Assembly (NCBI GenBank): GCA_000934665.2
Contig: JYFJ02000128.1
Span: forward strand, 1-64,000
DNA: 64,000 bases
DNA from: Catajapyx aquilonaris
Lineage: Eukaryota
Reading direction: 5' to 3'
Below the pieces are notes generated by a model, which saw only the letters and a program-made list of their open reading frames with translations, did not search any database and had not been told where the DNA came from. Of the stretch, positions 27,401 to 42,400 are shown in pieces. The position numbers were made by a program, and so were the translations under genes. Position 1 is the first letter of the stretch. Every line of letters starts with the position of its first letter.

Positions 27401-30400
27401 AAGTGATGGAAGAAATTAACTGTAGTTGATTAAATTTCTACTCTACTATTAGGTTGATGTACTGTACCAAGTAGTAGTAGTTATCCCCTGTAAAATAAAA
27501 AATGGGAGGGCAGTTCCTTTTAAGTAATAAGAAAAATACAATGGTCTGTTATACATTTTCCATTTAAAACTTGACAGAAATTGGAAGAAGGATTAGCTCG
27601 GCCAACGATGAATTAGTTACAACAGACAAGACACAATCACACGGTATGCTCTGTAGTGTGATGCCTACTGAAAGTGGATTGGATGCTGGAAATAAAATTA
27701 AATCAGAAGAGAAATAAACCAAAATGAAACACAACCCTGGTTTTATGTGTTTGATGCTCATTCATGCCACTCGTTAAAAAAAAATTCAGCTCACACTTTC
27801 ATCTGGAACCTTTACCCACACACTCACACTTACGATGACAGTCTAACTCGTCACTCGTGTCGTAAGGGCAGTCAACCCGCCCATTGCAGCGTAAGCGCCG
27901 GTCTATGCAGGGCCCATTTTCACAACGAAACTGCCAATACTCACACCTAGACTGATCTAAAGACAAAGGTCTCAGTTAAGCTTAGTGGGAGGGTCTGCTG
28001 TGGTAGATGGCTCGTAAGGGAGAAGTGGGAGGGTACCTGAAACAAGATGGCATGCCCCCAAAAACATGGGATACTTACGGCAATTCCTCTCATCCGAGTA
28101 GTCCGAGCAGTCGTATTTCCCGTCACACACCAGGGAGCTGGAGATGCACTGTCTGGTGCTGCCACATGCAAATTCGCCAGGGAGACAGTCCACTGAAGCT
28201 GTGAAATTTAAAAATAACAAATCGATTACAGATCTCACATGGCCTTGCTATTAATGTATACTAATTCATCATTGAGTCAAATTCAACACTTACGGCATGC
28301 TAGCTCGTCACTTCCATCAGGACAGTTGGGAGACCTGTCACACCTCTGAGCCAGTGGGATGCACTGCCCGTTGTTGCAACGGAATTCATTTGCATGGCAA
28401 TCTGAAAAATTCCAATGCTATTATCAAAAAATTCCTCACTGCAGTTTGAGCAAGTGCCAAAGTATTGCAGGCAAGAAGCAGAGAGCGAAGATGCGAGACA
28501 TGACTGTAGCAGGTGCTGTTGCTATAATAAAAATGTGCCATCATCCATACACACTCTCACGCAAATGTCACCAGTCACGCACATTACACATTCATGCCAT
28601 TGGAGTAGAGAGCAGGGTATACAAACAGTTCAAGTCAGGGTCGAGGCAATTCTGTTCGTCCGAGAAATCTTCACAATCATAGAAATTATCGCACTGGAGG
28701 TGCTTGTCTATACACTGCCCGTCCGCACATGTATATTCGTTGGGGAGGCAATTCCCTGCCTCGCCTAGCAAGGACAGTTTTAAGGAAGAAAAAAAAAGAG
28801 AAAGAGAGAGAAAGAGATAGAGAAGGGTTAGGATATGTTACAAAGGAAGGCAAAGAAAGATGCAAACACACATGTTAGTGGGCAACTGCAGATGGTCAAG
28901 GGAGAAGTACATACCGCAATCTCGTTCGTCAGAGTAATCATGGCAGTCATAACGCCTGTCACATCGTTGAGACTGAGGAATGCAGCGGCCATCATCACAC
29001 CGGAATTCAGCCGACGTGCACACAGCTGTGAGACACACACAAGTCCATAAGCCATGTTACATTGGTTGCCCAAATAAAATGGTACTCATCAGCACAAAAT
29101 ATATTACAAATTACAAAGCATTCAAGTCAGAGGAGGACCTCAAGAAAATGTTCATTATTTAACCAAAAACCTGTGTCGGAGTTGATGGCTGTAGCAATAG
29201 TAAAAATAGTAGCAATAGTAGCTAAAAAATGCATTTTGTGTATTTCTCGAAATCATGTCCCCAATAAATTACATATTATTGAGTCATGAGAACTTTTAAC
29301 ACTGACATTTCTTGCTTAAACCAAGCAAAAATATTGTGATACTTCACAGATATTTTTTATTTGAATAACTGTGACTCTTGCGGTGATCACCTGCATTTTT
29401 GGTGACTTTTGGTGTTGTACCCTCATTTCGTAGCCACAGCTCCATTAATCTCTGGGAGCTGGTGCCGGATTCTGTATATTGTTAGTTTCTTGAGGTGTAA
29501 CCAACTATTCAGTTCCCATTTTATGAGTCCAAACCACTTTGCTAATTACAGGTTTCCTACTGTTCACCTGCCTTTGCAATGGGAGAGCCTTTCTCTTACA
29601 GAATCAATTGATCCCACCCCTTGGCAAGCTAAGGGATCCTCTCCCTGTGGTTTCACCACATAACTAAGTTTCCCTTAATGCACAGGAGGTAATACTTACG
29701 TGGAGGTGTAAATGGACAATCAATTTCATCAGAGCCATCCCTGCACTCAGAACGGCCATTGCAGCGGCTTGAGTACGGAATGCAATCTCCACTGCGGCAG
29801 GTGAAATCCGCAGACGAGCAGGTTGGCTCTAGAGAAGGAGTTCATTTATCATGCAATTGAAGACCAAGTGACATATTTCTAAAGAGGTCTACACATGGGA
29901 AGTTGAAGTTTTAGCCCATTATCCATTAATATGTGTGGGCTCTCTGTCCTTCATCCTGAAGTGACCTGCACCAAACTAGTGCTAACACCACCCATACGAA
30001 GACCCCTTTAGCATTTGTTACAAAACACCACAACACATAAATCTGAAAACAAACGCACCACACTCCTTTTCATCTGAATTGTCATGGCAGTCTTTGTAAC
30101 CATCACAGCGGTACGAAGATGAGATGCACGTTCCGTCAAGGCATTTGAATTGGTCAATTCGACATGCTGAGGAGGGAACAAACAGCAAACAATGGCAAAC
30201 TCTACAAACTAAGAAGTCATACCCACACCCAAACTCACAGCCTCATGAAACTCAATGTTTCCCTAATTAAAATGGTAACTAATCAAGTTTCTACCACACC
30301 TCATAGCATCTTAACAGACTCTCGAGTAGCCCTAAACACTATGAACCCACCAAAGTGCCAATACAAATCAATTACTGCAACAATCCATGTTTCATCAAAC

Positions 30401-33400
30401 AACAAATTTCATAACTAAAGTGCAGCTAAAATACACTCCATGCAAAACAGTCTCACGTGCAAGGGAATTTAGATACTTGGGGAGGTGGGAAAAACCAGAA
30501 TTAAAAGTAGGAAATATATATTGCAGGGAAACATACGGCAGTCACGTTCATCACTACCATCCCGGCAATCTTGCCTCTTGTCACATTGCTGGAACTGCTC
30601 AATACATGTGCCATCACCACATTGGAACTGACTTGAGGAGCAGGGAGGTGGTTCTGAAGAGCAATCACACATGTCACAATGGTGCCTCACATGACATAAC
30701 ATATAAGAAACCTACGACAGTCCCGCTCATCACTGCCATCCCTACAGTCAGATCTACGGTCACATCTTTGGAATGATTCAATGCAGGAACCATCACCACA
30801 ACGAAATTGGCCAGAAGTGCATTCAGGCGGTGCTGTGCATAAGTGAAAGTAAAACATCTGGTGTAACTAGGTGCACACAAAGAGCAAGCATCGCATTTAC
30901 CCATGTGGAAGTTTAAAACCAGGTTACAACTTTGGGGCGATATTCTTATAGAGTTAGTTATGACTCAAGCCACTAGAAGGTAGTTAAACAATTAGAATTT
31001 GTGGCAATTAGTGTTTCACTTAATTTCTTTAGCAACATACTGGTAGTTCTTTTGCCTAAATATCCATGATGAGAAAACTAAACTTCTAATTCCATTCTAT
31101 AAGTACCTTAGATTTTCCTTTGTCTTTCAGATAAAATGAATGCTATAATATTGCAGGACAGGCTGCAGTTGATTATTATTCCACATCATTTCAAATTTGT
31201 TTCATTTATTCCATCAAAGAGCAAGTTATTTAATTACTTTCATTAAAGTTTTTATGCCAACCCAAGGTTGTAACAAAGTTTCACTGCACATAAATGAATA
31301 AATGCGCTAAACATTGTTTAAAGCAAACAGTGAACATACGACAATCTCGCTCATCGCTGCCATCTCTACAGTCTTGTCTACGATCACACTTTTGATATGG
31401 CTCAATGCAAGAGCCATCACCACAACGGAACTGGTGAGATGCACAATCAGGTGGTTCTGTTCAAGAAAACAAACACAAGTGCCAGGATCTAAACATGTGC
31501 AAGAAAACGGTGAAAGGAAGATGAAGACACATACGACAGTCCCGTTCGTCACTGCCATCTGGACAGTCATATTTACGGTCGCACCTTAGGAATGAGTCAA
31601 TGCAGACGCCATCATGGCAACGGAACTGATGCGAGGCACATTCAGGTGGTGCTGTGCAAGTGAACAATATTTAACAAGTGCATCCCACAAAGGTAACAAG
31701 AAACAGTAAAATACAAGGAGAACATACGACAGTCTCTTTCGTCACTGCCATCTCTACAATCAGGTCTACGGTCACACTGTTGGTACGACTCGATGCAGGT
31801 ACCATCACCACAACGGAATTGGTCGGACGTGCAAGCTATGTGTAACATAAACAAACACAACAAAGTGCAGGCACTGGACTGGTGAAGAAAATACCCTACA
31901 CACTATTGTCGGTGAAACTCAAAATGCATCATAAATTTTGCACTGTCCTATTTTCAAAAGGATCCTATGTCCCATGTTTATGAAATTTCATTTCATGCTT
32001 TGCATATATTTCTTTTTAAAAGAGATGATTACAGACATGGCTATTGCTATGCCATATTTTGCTATTTTTGTATTAAACCTGTTTCACCAACAGCATGCAA
32101 AATTATAATAAGGCAAAACATACGACAGTCCCGTTCATCACTTCCATCCCTACAATCTGGCCTTCGATCACATCGCTGACTTCGGTCAATGCAGGTGCTG
32201 TCATCGCAACGAAACTGGTTGGCAGTGCAAAGAGGTGGTGCTGTGCAAGCAAACATATAAATGGAATGTTCTAACACACATTTGCAACTAACATCAATAA
32301 ATAAGGCAGAAATAAAGTGATAAATATAAATATGCCAACAAAAAGGATGTTTTAAAAAACCCTGAGAAACGCACGGCATCCAATTTCATCGCTGCCGTCT
32401 CTGCAATCTGGTCTCCGGTCGCAACGCTGCTCAGGTTCAATGCAGCGATCACCATCACATTGGTACTGATGAGGTGCACAACCTGTAATGAAATATGTGA
32501 TTGAAGCCAAGCTACAGGTAATGATAATGATAATGAATCTTTGGTAACACACTCTTCTCATACTTGGTTCACTCTGTCAGAACTGATATTTTTCAAATAA
32601 TGATGTATTTGTAACAAAAGTACTGCTTTAATAAAATTATGATAAATGGGGAAGACATACCAATGTGAAGAAAATAAATCTTCGAGAGAATATTTTAAAA
32701 TGTATGTGACAACCGATATTTTTGCATGTTGGCAGAGTGTAAGAACCAAGTATATCAGCAAGATGCACGTGCACATATGCCAATACGCTTACGTGATGGG
32801 CAGTCGGTCTCATCTGAACCATCCTGACACTCAGGATAACCATTGCAGTGACTGTGGCCTGGGACACATTCGCCATTTCGACAGGTGAACTCAACCGAGG
32901 TACATGTGGGTTCTGCAAAAGTGCTCATGATTTGGTCCCATCTACACTTTATCCCCTTTTCTTAACAAAGTTCGTGCTTAATAGATGTACAGTACATAGA
33001 GTATTTAGAGTAGAGGCTCCAAACCCTATCCACAATGTACGGCACAGAAACGATACGAATCCAGCCCAAGGCTTCTGATAAAAATTTGCCACCACTGCCC
33101 AAAAACACATGCCCAAATCTTTGCCAAGTCCAAGCGATTCGTGGTGTACCTACCACAGTCGAGTTCGTCTGAGCCATCTGCACAGTCCCGTGTCCCGTCG
33201 CACCGTTTCCTTGCAATAATGCAAGTGCGGCCGTCCTTGCACCGGAATTCTGTGTCTAGGCACTTCTCTGCAGACAAGACGAGAAGCCACTCCCATTGCA
33301 TGCAGCACATAAATGGACGCAATGAAATGTATGGGAATTGTCAACAGGCAATTCCAGACCTTCGTACGAGTCCATGCAGTGATGAGGCATGCGTATGACT

Positions 33401-36400
33401 GAAGCAAGCAACATGTAGTACAAGCAGGTCAAGCAAGTTTATGATAACCTTCACTTGATGGAACCAAAAATTAATTGATGCAGTTATGGCGTGTGACAGT
33501 GAAATCCATTTTTAAGCAAATTGTTTAGTAGGCTACATGACTGCGTACAAAAGCTGAAAAAGACTTCTTCCAAGACAGCACGGCCACCACAATTTGACAT
33601 CTGTTCTCTGCAGAATGATGGATGGCCCAACACCAGCTGCTGACTAACTACATTCTCAACATTTTCCCAATTTGCTAATAAAAATGGATTGACCACATTT
33701 TCACGCCCATATATGCATTCAGGCATCCAGTGAAGGCCAAGCAGAGTGCAAAATCAGCATGTAACCAACCTAGGTGAACTTCCATCCTGATTTTAAGCCG
33801 TACATTCCAACCGTAATTTTTTCAAATAAAGTGCACCAAAATATTGACTTTCCAAATTGATAGATTGGAATAAAGTGGTGATATAAAAAAAAAGCCCATA
33901 GACACTTACTGATGCAGTCACTCTCATCCACTCCATCAACACAATCGTACGAACCGTCACAGCGTTTGCTCTGGGGAACACATTTTCCATCACCACAAAG
34001 AATATCTTGATACCCACAGAGGTCGGCTAAGGGAGAGGTGAAACCAAATGAAGCAAAATTTCTTTGTTGCCCAGATGGTCATTGGTCATATCAACAGGTG
34101 GTTGCAAAATAATAAAAAAAGAAATGAAATTGAAAAAGGCAAACGAACGCGAGAGTAAGCAAACACTACCGCGGTACTCAAATTATTACATGTAATTAGG
34201 GTATATAATTCGTCCGATAAACAGTCCTCAAACCAGGCGTAGTAATGTAGGCCTACTCTATTGATGTCAAAAAATTAGATAAATATATACTGGTTATATT
34301 ATATCTATCAGGAAGTGAGAGCTAAAAAAAATCCTTCCCTGAAGTCACAACTGAGGGTGGCATTCAAGGTTCCATTGCTTCAGGATACGCTTGTCTGAAC
34401 TTTTTTTTTCACTTGAGAAAATAGCACCTTTCCAAAGCCTTGAAAACTCTTCAGATGAACCAAATATGACAAGAAGTACCACACCCTCGGAGGACAATCG
34501 CACTTTTCGTTGTAATTTGTCACACACTGAGCTCTTCGTTCGTTGCCTTCTTCAACCGGGGCAGGGGGTGGGTCGCACAAAAACAAGAAGAGTGACTCTT
34601 TAAAAAAAAAACACCCTCCCTCTCCCCCAAAACAAATGGAGAAAGACAAAAAAAGAAGCGGAATGAAAGCAAATGGAACGTACGACAGTCTCGCTCGTCA
34701 CTATCGTCAGGACAGTCGGAAATGTAGTCACATCGTAGGCTTTCATCGATGCACTCTCCAGAATCACAGACAAAAGACTGCGGCGGGCATGATGTTACTG
34801 GCACAATGGAATAGCTTTTAGCCAGCAAGTAGCGCAGTGAATATACGTACAACAGCAGCAAAGAGCAGCGCTTGGTATTGCACTCAGCCACTCTTTGCCA
34901 GCAGGGGTATACACATTGTTATCTACTACTGCACAGGGGGAAATCTAGTGTATTAAAATTAGTGCTCCATTCACTTCGGAAATGAATCAATTCATCTCAA
35001 TTCACTGACTTGGCCCATTCCATTTCACTCCATTCAACTTCCACTCATTCACTTTCACCTCCATTGACTAGTCATCATGAATTGCTTAAATCTCATTCAC
35101 TATTCATCATTTACTCAATCCATTTACAATGTCGTAATAAATCATTCAGATTCTTTCACACCGCGTGAAAATACTTTAATTCACATCCCATTCTGTTCCA
35201 GTCACCACTCATTCGCTTTATTCATTCATTTCATAATTAATTTTCTACTCATTTACATTCAGCTCCAGTGAATTGGACAGCCACACATTCACTTACAGTA
35301 TGAAGTAATTCCATTCCGAATTGAACAGTGCCAGTCATTATAGTATTAATGTTACAATTATTACAGTGAGGCAGAACCAAGCTTGGTACGTACGCAACAA
35401 TATTCTACAATACAGCTCGTATCAAGAATGGGTCTGCAACAACGTCCCCACAAAATGGGTGATAACATGCATTTGCCTACAGGGCATGCTCAACCGCTTC
35501 ATTGACTGGTGGATATTGGATTCAAAACGCTTTTTTGACCATTTGGTGGCAATATTCCCCCACCTCTCCCGTGGCTCCCGTTTCACAAACACCATCAAGC
35601 GGCCTAGCGATGCGTATGTCGTGGTCGCAATGGGGGTGGCCGCACCATGGACCAGGTCCGCCACTGTGACGCAAGAAGCGAAACAGATGCAGATTGATGC
35701 AATCTATACAGAAAAATTGTGCGAGGAATGTGCACACTTGTCATCATTCATGTATGGAATTTACCGGTACTTCCAAGTTTGGATCAAAGAGTGTTGAATG
35801 CAATAGTGGTGCTTGTGCAACGGGTGCACTTCACGCCCAGTCGCGGAAACGGCCGGACATTTTTTCAAAAGCTTAAAAAAAACAGCAAAGAGTGGACACA
35901 TACGGCAGTTAAGCTCGTCAGCCCCGTCGTCGCAATCCTTTTTCCCATCGCACTTGAGGGCAGGGGCCACGCACGTACCATTCTTACACTGCACGTCAGT
36001 AGCAGCGCAGGTGGTTGCTGAGCATAGCAGAGGCAACAAACATAAGGTCAAGTACAAGCACATACACACACCACATTAAAAGCAATAGGGATGGGCTGCA
36101 TAGTGATCGTACTTCTATGCAGTTATTGGGCAATAGAAAAGTGCCATTGACATAGCCCAAGCTGACCATCAATACTGTATCTGTATATCGACAGCTTCAC
36201 TCCGAACCCACATCACAAACCGATAATGGAAATCCTGATCCTGACCATAGCCAGGGACAGGTGAGTGATCACGTTGCATTCAACTCGTTTTGTGTACAAA
36301 AGCCGTCAGGGTGGGCATCAAATTATTCTAGCTATATGAACCGACTTGATCACGTTTGATGTGGGCTGCTTATCATCACCGCGCACACACACGCCATATC

Positions 36401-39400
36401 CAATGCATCCCCATGTCGCATCGGCAGTTTGACCAATTTTCAACTTTTGCAAAATTTGCCCAGTGGAGGACCCCCCAAGCAGCGCACATGCAGAGTCAAA
36501 CCACAGGCTTCAGGCAACAATGCTGAAGCCAAAAGCTCGATTTGTCCCCAACTGTTTCATCCTACCTTCACACCCTCTTTCGTCCGAACCATCAGGGCAG
36601 TCGGTTCTGTTATCGCATTTTTGGCGGTAAGGAATGCACGTGCTCCCATCCCCACACTCTATCTGCCACCAGACACATCCGCCACCATCTACCAACATCA
36701 TCATCATCAGTGTGGTCATGCCCATGCTAAACGTTATGCTGGCCGGCACACACATGAAACGTCTAAAAACCCTCCACGGATTTCAACCCACTGGGTTTCG
36801 GCTTGTTGGTGATTCACAAAACGGAACGGAGATGGATCGCTATAGGGTGAAACGCCTTGTTAGCTGCCCGGTCCACGGTGGTCAACCGCACAGGTTCACA
36901 CACTGAACAAGGTGCTAAACCCGTACTATTCAAAATTCATGCACTCATTTTAGTCTGCCTCGGGGCAAACACAAAAAAGCGAGTTAGCTACTTGTAAATT
37001 ATTGAACATGCTAATTGCGGCTGTAACGCGTTAATACAGTTACGCCTGTAGTGTCTAGGGGTGTGTTTGCGAAAATTAAATTGCAAAGTCTGGTTATTGG
37101 GTGTGTGGCTACCATTTACCCATCCGGGCCCCACTTGTTTTCAGATGTGGCTTGATTTCCACATAATGCAAGATTATCTTCATGCACACACTCAAAAAAA
37201 CGGCTAATTTCATCTGTTCCCCATGATTATGCAAATGCACTTGCGGGGGACGCGGTAATCTATTCGGTGCGTGCTTCAGCTTGCCGCCTTATATTGCATC
37301 ACTTCACTCGTATGGACGACGTTCATTTGCGCGCGAAAACATACCAACCCCTTGAGGTAATCGAGCTGCAGTAATTCAACTCAGTATACTTAACAAAAGG
37401 GCAATTGAAAATAAAAGTACACATGCTTTCGTCGAAAAAAATAAATGGTGTAGGATCAGGATATGTGGAGTTGTTGGAGGATACATACGGCAATCCCTTT
37501 CGTCGCCTCCGTCGGCACAGTCAGGGTTACTGTCGCACACTCGTCTGACGTCGATGCAGGTACCGTCATAGCATTGAAACTCCAGGCTGCTACACCTTGC
37601 TGTATGGTTAGGGGTTAGGGTAGGAAAAAAAATGACAAAATAAATGATACGCAAATATAAAAACAAATCCGAGTGGAGTAAGCAGTTGGCTCATTGGCTA
37701 AAACGCTCCATCGACGTATTTAGCCAATCAAATTAGCAGAAAGCCAGTTGCAACACGATTTCGATTTTCCTGCAACTTGGTTTTTTGGGGGGCTTCAGGT
37801 GAAAGCCTCCAAGTGCTTCTAGGAATTTAATTGCCTCTAACGGCGCCTCTGCTTCGAGTTAGTCCCACCAAAAACTAACCAACTGCTTTTCCCCACGATC
37901 GGTTCAACCAAACCGAAATAAAGGAACCCAAAAGCACAGAACGCATAAGAAAAACGACACTCGCACAAGAACGAATCACACATTAAACTTCACTGTCACG
38001 TGTACTTCCAGCAGACAAACAAATGGACGTAAAAAAATAAGCCTGAAAACGACACAACAGAACAAGTTTTTTGGGGGTTTTCGAAGAGAGAATAATACCC
38101 ATATACCCAGCATACGGCTTAGGAGAAGACAGTAGTTTGGATAGGGATATCACTCTATCTCACGCAGACGACGAAACGAGCTCATCGATTCCACTGAAAC
38201 GGACCATTTGGGCATCTTAACACACATCTCTCTCGCCCGTTTCCAGCGCCATCAGGGATGCGGGCTTCTTCTGTGCCCTTAACCCCTCCCCTTGTTTATT
38301 CCCAGGAAATCCTTTAAGTTTGATGAGACTATCAAGTTCTCCTTGCCGTAGAAAATAGTTAGGAGGACGACACCATAGTAGGGACCAAGATTTTGGCGAT
38401 AGGGATGTACTCGTACCGGGTACGCCAATCATACATTCGCAATTTTTTGTGTCCGGTATCTGCACAGCCCCTATGTGTTAGATGGCATGTTTGGTGGGAT
38501 GAATGTATGTAAATGTGCAATGAAAGGGTATGGAAAAAATGTTGGAAGCAAAATTAGTTTCAGTAAAATGCAAGAGAACATAAAACAGGTTATGGAAAAA
38601 AATAGGCAATAGCAAGGCAGGGTTGGTACCTAAAAACAAGCCAAAAAGCTGCAGAATATCCCCAGACATGGCATGAAGATTCCATTTGGATTTTTATCTA
38701 ACCGGCGGAGGATATACGTACAGCATCCTAGTTCATCCTCGCCATTTGGGCACTCCTTATGACCGTTACATCGTTGGCCAATGTTCAAACAAGATTTGTC
38801 ATCACACTCGAATTGATCCGAGCGACAACCTACTGGTGCTGCAAAGAAAATACTAGTAGCAAAAAAAATGTGGTGGGGGTTTGGGGGGGGGGGGGGGGAN
38901 GGGGGGGGGGAAAGGAGATAACGTCTTCACTTTGCATCCAAAACGGATCCAAAATATGGAGGCTTTTGCAAAAGTTGCTCTACTTTCAAAATGCGACGCA
39001 AAGTAACGCATCAAAATATGTTTCAGTAACTTGGAGAGCCAACTTTCACAAGTTCTCTAATAGCATCCTTATAGACTCCTTACTTGCATAATTTTCGATC
39101 TAGTTAAGAACTAGTGCTGGAATAAATTTACATGGCTAAAATTCTCGCCTGACCTGGATAAAACGCACTTGTAATCCCTTTTCAGCCCTCATAAAATTTT
39201 TGCAAATGGTCTCGCAAATCTTAATCACGTGGTCGTAACGACCATTCATTAGTCGATCACATAACTCATCGGGGTCCATAAATCGCTGTGGTGTGTACCA
39301 GAATGTAAGGACACTCACCGTCCCTTCAATAACAGCTCGTTGAACCATTAAAACCTGTTTTTTTTCACGCATCAATGTTTTAAAGCCTGCAGCGTGTACC

Positions 39401-42400
39401 CTGCTAATTGACTCTAATTCTGCTAAAAGCGGTAGTAAATCATTTACATGTAACAGTAATAAGCTGCTAATGTACCAAGCCTAACTGTTGCACTGTTTTG
39501 ACACCTCGGCCTAAAATATTGGATCCACTTTGATGCTGTGACAGACAGATAGCAGAAAAATAGGAACAAAAGCAAAATAATAATAAAAAAACAGTAAACT
39601 ATAATAAAACTAATAATACATGCCAATAGGTAGGAGTCATGCAACTTTTTTTGTTTAAAAAGTGTAAATTGTGTTATCATGCAACAATCCCAGTCCACAG
39701 TCCAGGATGTCCTTTCTTTAAAAAAAAATAAAAAATCCTTCCACCAAATTTTGTCTGAAAAAGTAGGAAGGTTGGGTTGCAAATACTAACCACAGTCCTT
39801 TTCGTCAGAGCCATCCGTGCAATCATCACGTCCGTTGCACTTCAAGTCCTCCCGAATACATGTTCGGTCTCCGCATTGAAACTCATTCCGTGCACATGAA
39901 GCTTCAAAATGAAAATGGGAGGTAAGGAAAAAAATGGGTTTGGCTCGTCATGAGAATGAGTTTGTGTACTGGAGATGATGGTTGGTCTACTGTGCTTACA
40001 AATAATAAATGGGGACTTGCCACACTCGGGGTATATGTATTAATGAAACCCAATTTTTAATACTTAGGTGACTTCAAAAAGGGGACGGCATTAATTATTC
40101 CTTGGTGTGATGCATGTGTGGATGTGAAACTGCTAAAAAATTGCTACCATTAGGGATGAACGGCCTCTCCCTCTAAGTGTATTGCAAGCGTACTGCTGTA
40201 TACACAATATTAATGAATCAATATTTAATACAACTTCCGTGTAGGCCTGTGTGCCTGGTTAAATTGGAGTGGATCCTCTTGCCACTATTCGCCTTCAGGT
40301 GTAAGTGTAACAAACTGCCAATATCTGGCAGCCCCTGATGATGCAAAATGGAGTTTCGCACATTTGTCAGGACAAAAAATATATGAACTTTTCCCCCCTT
40401 CTCTATAGGTTATGCGCAGAGGTAAAAAGAAAATAGCAAAATCCCTGAGCTTCCATAAATTTTCGCTGGACTTTTGGCGCGGCTGACAATGGACACGTAA
40501 GCGCCGACACGAAACCGTTTCTTTTCAAATGGGTACTCACGACAATTCCGTTCGTCGCTTCCGTCCTGGCAGTCCCTAGTTCCGTCGCATTTTCTCCTCA
40601 GGTTGATGCAGAATCCGTTGTCGCACTGGAACTGGGTCCGTTCATTGCAAGCTTGAAAAACAGGCATTAGTTAATATTAAGCGACATACACAGCCCAGTT
40701 GTATGAACACAAATGGATAAAAATTATTCTGGCGATATTAATCATGTCGCCATTGCCAAAATGAGGGGGGAAAAACCTTGCGAACCACCACATGGGAAGG
40801 AAACGTGCACTGTACCTGTCTCCTAAGTACTCCCAAAATTTCATGCATTTTGTAGCTAATGAACTGATCCGATAAATTATATCATTAATGATCTGACACG
40901 TGTTGATTAGAGTCTTCTGAGAGGGATTATTCGTTTCAGGAATACACACACCGCAAGGCATATAACCAGGTTATGGATAGGAAACTCACGACACTTGAAC
41001 TCGTCGGATCCATCTCTGCAATCGTCGTATTCGTTGCAACGAAGGTTGTCCGGGATGCATGTGCCGTCGGTGCACCTGAATTCGTCGCTGCGGCATTCGG
41101 GCGCTGCTGTTGAAAGGTCATCAACATGAACAAAACGCATTGCAATATGTGGGTCACAGTAACCCACGTGCCGGATGCAAATATTACGAGGTGTGTGTAA
41201 CTCATTCAGTCATGCACTCATGCCATATATATGTGGACAACACAGTGCACACGGACAATACATCTACACGTACGAATGTGCTGACAACACCACTTCAAGG
41301 GGGGACATGTTCCCCACACTTACAAAACAGAACAGATAAAAGTAAGTGAAACGTAAAACAAAGCGACACCCACAAAAAAAAAGTACGTGCTCAAACTGTC
41401 AAACGCCACTTGAGCACAGCAAGGTTACGACTCAACAAAAGGTAGCACATAAAAGTATTTCTGCAATATGGGGAGACCATAGCCCGGTCGAACAATTGAT
41501 CAAGCGTGTACAAATTGAATTCGCTTAATATGTAATTAAATTATTTTGGACAAACAGCCAAATAATTTAGAAAATAATGCCGCATCAGTCGCTACGTATC
41601 AAAGTTGCATAATTGCATTTTAAAAAGAGCCTTATTACAAGAGCAACAATTTCTGTTGAAATTGACGTATTCCTCTCGTTCCAGATTTGTTACCCATCTC
41701 CCGCATTTTTATGATCCTGCCATTATTATTTTCAGGTCATACCCTCGCTGGTTGATGGCCATTGAGGTCCGATCTAACAGCTGCCGTTCATAACTGGGGA
41801 ATAGCTGGCAGCAAACATTTGGTGGCGGGACGGAGAAAAAAAAATCAGGCGTTATCTTCATCCCAAAAGTGTTAAAGTCGCTCTAGGAATATATGAAGAT
41901 ACGAGCAGCCTGCGTAAAATGTCACTTTTTATGGCCCATCCCGACGGATGATTTCAAAAAAAGGGAGGGGTGGTGAGAGAGAGAAAATTAATTCTTATCT
42001 AGAACCGCCTCAGGGCGTTTGGTCACCAGGAATAGGACAAAAATCGAACTCTTCATCGCCGATCTCAGACGATAAGGGAGCGATTTCCACCCACATCAAC
42101 TCCACCCAACCATCATAAAAACATAATCTCTGGATTAGAACCCTCAAAATTGAATCCAGACGTCTGCATGTCGTCTCCAAATCCAAAAGAGATAGGACCT
42201 TTTTTTAAAAAAACATCACATCGCCACCTTGCTCTAACGACTGGGCAACACGTGGAGTCAATCACGCCATGTTGAGCATATGCCATCAACTGGTTATGAG
42301 CTATTAGAGAAAGTATTTAGCACTTTGTTATCGACAATTTGACCAAAGAATAATAATTTAAAACCCTCCACAAATTTTCGATTTGAATTCTAAATTGCAA

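Noticed and set aside
8773..33398. Numerous plus-strand ORFs overlapping perlecan exons
   Set aside because: Antisense shadows of coding exons with no independent motifs or splice structure.
34478..34560. Cys-containing open segment [22 protein letters not shown] on the minus strand between LDLa exons
   Set aside because: Nearby GT donors are phase 0 or 2, not the phase 1 needed, and it has only three Cys with no LDLa pattern.
35422..35664. Open frame after a CACAG acceptor ([10 protein letters not shown]...THS*) as a possible terminal exon
   Set aside because: No recognisable domain, donor or polyadenylation support; compatible with chance.
37680..37888. 10-bp inverted repeat AAGCAGTTGG ... 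CCAACTGCTT as a possible MITE
   Set aside because: Short arms and no clear target-site duplication.
38883..38910. Poly-G run containing an N (similar poly-C at about 43622-43634)
   Set aside because: Low-quality homopolymer; its length is unreliable.
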